Origin: the human T2T-CHM13v2.0 reference genome, Homo sapiens
Assembly: GCF_009914755.1 (NCBI RefSeq)
Contig: NC_060934.1
Reading direction: 5' to 3' (one strand)
Length of the DNA stretch: 64,000 bases
Below, in pieces: positions 55,655 to 64,000 of this stretch. Numbering within the stretch: the stretch's first letter is position 1; each line of letters opens with the position of its first letter. The position numbers were made by a program, and so were the translations under genes. The notes under the pieces are model-generated. The model was not told the DNA's origin. It saw only the letters and a program-made list of their open reading frames with translations, and searched no databases.

Positions 55655-56480
55655 TTACCTTTTTTTAGTCAAATTTTGGTGGGGTTTTTTTTTTTTTATC
55701 ATTGATAGTTTAGAGAAGTTCCTTTCAGCTTCACAATTTATTATCAGTATTATCATCCACACCTTCAGAATGTCAGAAGCATCTGAACCAGAGTGACTCC
55801 ATCTAGAATAGGGGCTGTGAAAATGAGGCTGAGACCTGCTGGGTTGCAATCCCCAGAGATTAGGCATTCTTAGCCACAGAATGACATAGGAGGTCAGCAC
55901 AAGATAGTTCATAAACACTCTGCTAACAAAACAGGATACGGTAAAGAAGTCACCCAAAACCATCTCCAAGATGATTAGGAAAATGACCTCTGGTTGTCCT
56001 TACTGCTCGTTATACACTAATTATAATGCATTAGCATGCCAAAAGACACTCCCACCAGCGCCATGACAGTTTACAAATGCCTTGGCAACATCGGGAAGTT
56101 AGCCTATATGATCTAAAAAAGGACCCTCAGTTCCATGAATTGCCTGCCCCTTTCCTGGAAAACTCATGAATAATCCACCCCTTGTTTAGCATATGACCAT
56201 GAAATAACCACAAAAATAGCCAACCAGCAGCCCTTGGGGCTGCTCTGCCAATGGAGTAGCCACTCTTTTGTTTCTTTACTTACTCAATAAATTTGCTTTC
56301 ATTTTACTCTATGGACTCGCCCCAAGTTCTTTCTTGTGCGATATCCAAGAACCCTCTTTTGGAGTCTGGATCAAGACCCCTTTCCAGCAACAAGAATTGT
56401 TAGCAAACTGGGGAAAACTTTTATTCAGATTCTTTCATATATCAGCAGAAAAATGTCAAGACATTTCAATTTTTCTTAAG
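55655..56480 (-). mobile_element. hAT transposase C-terminal (dimerization domain) relic interrupted by MER41
   Basis: Removing the LTR and one TSD gives in-frame KVFPSLLTILKVWMIILIINCEAERNFSKLSMIK. Confidence 0.7.
55771..56392 (+). mobile_element. MER41B-like ERV1 solo LTR
   Basis: tgtcagaagcatctgaaccagag...actcccaccagcgccatgacagtttacaaatgcc...gacccctttccagcaaca; TSD AGAA. Confidence 0.92.
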
Positions 56481-57104
56481 TGTACCATTCAGTGGTTTTT
56501 ATTATATTCCCTAATTATCTTTGAAATGCATTTCTTTGAGGCTTTGGGCTATGATTTCTAAGACTCTTCAATTAAATTGCTAATTCCCTGGGAGAAGAAG
56601 ATGCAAGGCCATCATCTTTCTTGGAAGTAGACTTTGGTTTGGGGAGTAGGGGCAGAAAGGGAACTCCCATGTGCTGAATGTCTGCTGTGTGCCATGCTAA
56701 GGAGACCCTTTCATCACATTTCAATTAACTATAGACCAGGGCACTCTCCTCCTCTAAATCATTCAAAGACCAGGCTGACAGAGACCTTATCAGCTTTAAC
56801 CCTGGGTGTCATGGAGGTGAGTTGGTGGGAGGTTCCCATGGGTGGTTTACAGTGCTGGGAGGTAGCTCTCACTTATCCACCTGGTTTGGAGTATGAGAGG
56901 AAGCTACTTAGTTGCATGTGGTGTGGCTGTACAGGTCAGGTGCTCCCTTTCACGGGAGGCTTTCCAGGGCCACCAGCTTGTGCTGTGGCTGTGTGCCCCA
57001 GGACCATGGACAGCCCATGATTCAGGCAGTGGGAGCTTTGCTAGCCACTGCTACGCAGAGCACTAGACAGCTGAGGTCATGTCTGGGGTTCCTGGACCCA
57101 CTTA

Positions 57105-57509
<405 letters not shown>

Positions 57510-58152
57510 TCATAGCTGTTACTATTACTGCTGCTGTTATTCCCCCTTTTCCACTCTTCTTTCCCCTCCTCTCATGAAAGCCCTTCTAACCGCAAAGGTG
57601 AACTGGCTCCTCTCTGCCTTCCCACTATTCATTTAGGCTGCGAATCAGCAGATGTTCCTGGAGATCAAGGGTGGGGACAGGGACTTTGAACATGGATGCC
57701 AGCAGGAGAGGCATCCCGCCGACCTCCACCGCCTGGGGCCACCACCTGGTGCCATGGAAAGAACCATGCTTTTAAAGCGCACAGCGGTGGCCTGGCCTGG
57801 TTCTCTGGTTCTCCTATTTATTGTCTACAAATGCTAGCTTAGCCGAGTCACTTCTCCTTGCTAGATTTCAGTTTCTCCTTCCTGGAAAAGAAGAAGATTG
57901 GACTAGATAGGATCTACTTTTCAGCCTTTTCATTCAGCAGGTATTTTGAGAGGGCCTGTTGTGTGCATGGCCCCGGTCTAAGCAGTAGGTTGGGTAGAGC
58001 CGTGAGTGAGGCACACCAAGTCTTACCAGCTTTCTGATTAGCAGAACATTCTAGCAGCCTAGGTTCTTGGATTTCTGAGGGTCCTTGGTGCATTTCTCCA
58101 GCTCCTGAGGCCTCGCTCCTGGTTTCTGCTTGGGGGTACTTCCAGCTTCTGA

Positions 58153-59157
<1,005 letters not shown>

Positions 59158-59747
59158 ACATGGGAAGCAGTGGCTCTGAGCTTGGGGAGCCAGGTTCCTG
59201 ACTGTCAAGCCCTTGCCACAGCCAAGAGGTTGCTCAGGGGCTGCCAGGGGTGGGTGCAGATTCCCACACAGTTACCTAGGAGAAAGGCATCAAGAGGGAT
59301 AGAAGGAATGTACTCCGGGAAGGCCAGCTTCAAGGGCATGAGGTCATGAGCCACCCAGACTGAGGACAGCCCTATGGGGACAGACAGATGACAGAGTGGG
59401 TCCTGAAAAACTGTTCTTGTATCCACTGTAATGGGCTGGCTAGCTTGTGGCCAACCCAAATTTCTCAGGCATGCACCAAGAAGAATGGACCCAATGAATA
59501 AAAGCTGTGGCAGCCAGATCTCAGAGCACAAAATCCAACTCATGCCAAATTCATATCCGCTGTACATTTAGAAGGACCATAGCATCGCAGTCAAGATCAT
59601 AAGCATTGCGGCCGCTTGCCTGGGTTCAGATTCTGGCTTTACCACCTGCTAGCTGTGTGATTCTGGACAAGTTACTTAACCTCTCTGTGCCTCAGTTTTC
59701 TCATCTACAAAACAGAGATAATAATAATAACTCCCACCTAATAGGGT

Positions 59748-60231
59748 TGACAGAAGAGAGACAGACCCTCTCATATTGTCTTATATTGTTTTATACTCAG
59801 TACCTGTTTTAAGAAAAAACAACAAGGAAGTAAAACCAAAGACAGGCAGCCCGGCGCCAGGCCCGAAACCTGGCTTGGGCCTGCCTGGCCTAAAGCCAGT
59901 AGTTAAAAATCAACTCATAACTTAGAAACCGATGTTATTCATAGATTCCAGACATTGTATAGAAGAACATTATGAAACTCCCTGCCCTGTTCTGTTTCTG
60001 TCTGACCACCTGTGCATGCAGCCCCTGTCACATACCGCCTGCTTACTCAAATCAATCACGACCCTTTCATGTGAAATCTTTAGTGTTGTGAGCCCTTAAA
60101 AGGGACAGAAATTGTGCATTCAGGGAGCTCGGATTTTGAGGCAGTAGCTTGCCGATGCTCCCAGCTGAATAAAGCCCTTCCTTCTACAACTCAGTGTCTG
60201 AGAGGTTTTGTCTGTGGCTCGTCCTGCTCCA
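59748..60231 (+). mobile_element. LTR2B/C-like (Harlequin/HERV-E) solo LTR inserted in a MIR
   Basis: agaccctctcatattgtctta...cagcccggcgcca...gcccttaaaagggacag...aataaagcccttcc...ctcgtcctgctcca; TSD GGGT. Confidence 0.9.
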
Positions 60232-60419
60232 GGGTTATGGTGAGAATCAAATTGCTATTATATTGTATTAGAACAGTGAACAGCACATAGTCAACGCCAC
60301 CACATAAGTGGTGTTGCTACTTCTTTGTGACAATCACCCCTTATTTTATGTAGCATATAAAGCTTACAAATTCCCTCCAAATTCATTGTTTGAAACACAA
60401 ACTTGTTGACTTTGTTCAT

Positions 60420-60660
60420 TCATCCACTAGATTGTAAGTGTTATGCAGGTAGGGAAATGTTAGTTGTTTTATTCACTACTGTGTCCTTGAAGCCCATGAC
60501 AGTGTCTGACACAAAGTAGTTGCTCAATAAATATTTGTTGATTAGATGGATAGATAGATGGGTGGATGAATTCAACAAACATTTATAGAAGCCTATTATA
60601 TGCCAGGCACTGAGGATTCAAAGGTTAAAAACCGTGGTACTTGCCCTTTGAAAAAGACTT
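60420..60660. mobile_element. L2 3' fragments
   Basis: tagattgtaag...gacacaaagtagttgctcaataaatatttgttga; tgccaggcactg. Confidence 0.65.
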
Positions 60661-60924
60661 GAATTGACTCATAATTCACTTCTATAATGATGAAATGCAT
60701 TACTCTGGAATTATCAGCCATGAGAGTGGTGGTACTCAGTGCTGATTTTGCCCCCATAACCTGAGGAACTAGACACAACTCAAGCAGGGATAGTGGCCCT
60801 ACATCAGGGAGCCTTCCCCCCAAAGGCTGGAGGGAGGGAATGGTAGGCACGTGCCCTGAAAATCACTGTCTTGTTGGCTCTGTTGGCGATATGAATGTCT
60901 ATCATCTATCTGGTACTATGATGG

Positions 60925-61229
<305 letters not shown>

Positions 61230-61574
61230 CTATGATGGATTTTGTTTTGTTTTTTACTATTGTGTCTTAAATGAACTGGTTCCACATTTCCATGTCATCC
61301 TCTCTGCCCTCATCTTTTAAAGTCTATTTAAAAAACAGACTTCCCAAAAAGCTGTGGCCTGAGCTTTTTGTATCATCTATAACACACTGTCCCATACTGT
61401 CATTATGTCCAATAGAGTTTTCATACAGTGAATCTGAACAAATCCCTCTCTCCCTAGACACAGTAGAGGGAATGGTAGAAGATTCCCTTTCCCCACATCA
61501 TTGCTCCTCTTGTTTTTTGGCATTGTGGGTAAAGCAGGGACTTGGGAATTGAGGCTTGAGTTTAAATTCCAGGT

Positions 61575-62140
61575 GTGCATTAAGTAAATAAAAATCAAAA
61601 CTACAAGGAGATACCACTTCACAGTCTCTAGGATGACTGAAACAAAAAGACAGACGATGAGGAGTGTTCGCAAGGATGTAGAGAAGCTGGAACCCTCAGA
61701 CATTGTTTGTGGGAATGTACAATGCTACAGCTGCATGGAAACCAGTCTGACAGTTTCTCAAAAAGTTAAACATGAAGTTACCGTAGGACCCAGGTATATA
61801 CCACTCCTAGGTATATACCCAAGAGAAATGAGAACATGTACTTCCACACAGAAATCTATACACAAATGTTCATAGCAGTGTTATTCATAATAGCCAAAAA
61901 GTGGAAACAATCCAAATGTCAATCAACTGAGGAATGGATAATTAAAACTTGGTATACCCATACGACAGAAGATAATCATTCATCCCTAAAAAGGAATGAA
62001 GTTCTGATACATGGATTGACCTTGAAAATATTATGCTAAGTGAAAGAAGCCAGACACAAAAGGCCACATGTGATTCCATTTCTATGAGATGCCCAGAATA
62101 GGCCAATTCACAGAGACAGAAAGGAGATTAGTGGTTTCCA
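61575..62140 (+). mobile_element. L1MB-type 3' fragment
   Basis: ccactcctaggtatatacccaagagaaatg...tatgctaagtgaaagaagccagacacaaaagg. Confidence 0.88.
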
Positions 62141-63524
62141 GAAGGAAAGCCATCCCCAAAATGCATCTGGTTTAAACATGGTCATCTTATTAAGTTCTTA
62201 CCATAGCCTGGAAAAAAAAATACAATTCTATTTAAAACTCACCAGGGATTGCCTGGTTAAAGGATTCATTATAGAAACTCTTCCTGTGTTAAGAGCATAA
62301 TTACCTACTAATTTACCTTTCACTCCTCCGGCCTAATTTTCCCATCATGAACTTGTTTCAAGCCAGCTGTTGCTGTATTCTGACATAGGTGCTGTGCTTA
62401 GTATGAGTGGGCATCATGCTGCTGACCGCCTGCTGGTGAAAACGTTTCAAAGCATTCTGCCAAGTTTTAAACAAAGCCTCAAATGAAACCTGCCTCTCTG
62501 ACTGTATCACTCTCAGTGATAAATTGGCTTCCCCCACCCCCCCCCCCCACCTTCTTTTGAAGGTGTCCCTGAACGAAATCAAATAATAACAGGCTCCATC
62601 TCAAAAGCCCAAGTAAGGAGGCAGACAATAATCTTTCATCAGAATCCTATTTTTCAAACCAACATTTAGCCTGCATAAAGCTCTCAATGGGGCAAGACCC
62701 GGAAGCAGGGTGATGGGGAGAAGAGCAAGGCCCAGAGGACAGTTTGGAGGCAGAAGCTCAATAGTGGAGTGTACTCCTCCTGCCAGGCCGACAGGTGCTT
62801 CCCGTGGAAGGAGCTGATGCCAGCATGAACCCCTTCCCTTCCCTGGATGATGGCTGGTGAAAGGCAACCCCTGACAAATCCTCCAGGAATAGAAGAATCC
62901 TGTAGGGGCCAATGGATTGAATGGAAGGAATGCTACAGCACCAAGGAGCCTAGCAATTGTTCTCCAACCAGAAAACTTGTTTTACAAATTGGGGAACAGC
63001 ATTTGTGGTGAGGAAAGGGAGAGTCTTCCCCCCAGGCCACAGGAGATGGCAGGGAAAGAAACAATCAAGAGCTAAGCCGCCTGTGGGGATTTGTAGTGGG
63101 GCCCACAAGGGCCATTAGCGGGAAACACAGTGCGAGGCTGTTTACCTCTCAGTTCATCCCCAAGCCTTCTGATTGTCTTAAAGAAAAAGCCTTATTTGGA
63201 GGCGGTCTCTCTTTAGGATTGAACATTTGCTATCTCAATTTTGACATGGACCACGACACCGGCAGTAGTTCCAAGCTAGGATGAACACTGGTTGAGTTTG
63301 CTGTGGTGGGTGTAGTGATTGTTAAGGGTTATCCTCTATTTATGATTCATGATTATTCTTTCTTTCCCTTATGATATTGATTTCAAGTTTTCCTTAATCA
63401 TATAGCTATTTGTGTCCAAAACGTGGTCACAGATAGGTCAAAAATCTGAAAGAGGAGTGAGAAACACTAATCTAGTCGAAACCTATACTAATGGTGTGAA
63501 TCGCCAATCCATTCCTCTTTTGAA

Positions 63525-63550
63525 ACACACACACACACACACACACACAC
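63525..63550. repeat. (CA)n microsatellite
   Basis: Direct reading. Confidence 0.93.
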
Positions 63551-64000
63551 GCACGCTCTCAAGGGGCCTTTACCCAGTGAACCAAAAAGGTTTCCCTTTC
63601 CACATGTGTTCCATGAGGAGATTCCCTGCCTATCACTTTCTTGCCTTGCCAAGGTGCATTTTCATGGATCCCTGTGTTCTCCCTGCTGCCAGAAGTGTCC
63701 CTGGACCCCTCCCATACTGAGCCTGCTTCCTCCCCATCAGCTTCAGGAACGCTGCTCCCTCCAGCAACTCTGGGGGTCAGCTCCCAGTTGCATCCTTCCT
63801 GAGTCCCATCCTCCCAGCTGCAGTGTCCTCAGCCGCCCACTCTCCCGCTTCCTGGGATCCAGGTCACAAGGCCCTTTGCTTTCATCCGGGTTTAGCTGCC
63901 TATCAGTACACACTGAAGTGATCACAACCAGCAGGCATTGGGAAGTGATAGTTCCCAAGCTGAGCAGACAAGTCCCCTCCTGCTGGGCACTGGAGTCATC

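Overview
Human (primate) genomic DNA carrying the 5' end of KCNMA1 (BK/Slo1 Ca2+-activated K+ channel alpha subunit) on the minus strand. It contains coding exon 1 (14355->13978; MANG/MSSN/MDAL starts, poly-Gly, poly-Ser, S0 helix, CCHC), an alternative terminal exon (13228->13100) giving a 168-aa truncated isoform, a CpG-island promoter with a TATA element, about 13 kb of intron 1 and about 49 kb of repeat-rich upstream DNA (Alu, L1, L2, MIR, hAT/Tigger relics, many solo LTRs, often nested with readable TSDs). No other protein-coding gene is supported. The most interesting observations are: (1) two uORFs whose stop codons lie 2 nt and 1 nt before the first and second in-frame KCNMA1 AUGs; (2) an apparently polyadenylated, env-deleted ERV retrocopy; (3) LTR-borne p53 and tandem STAT/GAS motifs; (4) a (GGAA)19 microsatellite; (5) a near-consensus CTCF site; (6) clock-type D-box and E-box motifs in intron 1; (7) a hAT transposase relic split by MER41; (8) a ~120-bp dispersed local duplication. 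Repeat subfamily names are recalled from consensus sequences, not from a search, and need RepeatMasker/Dfam confirmation.
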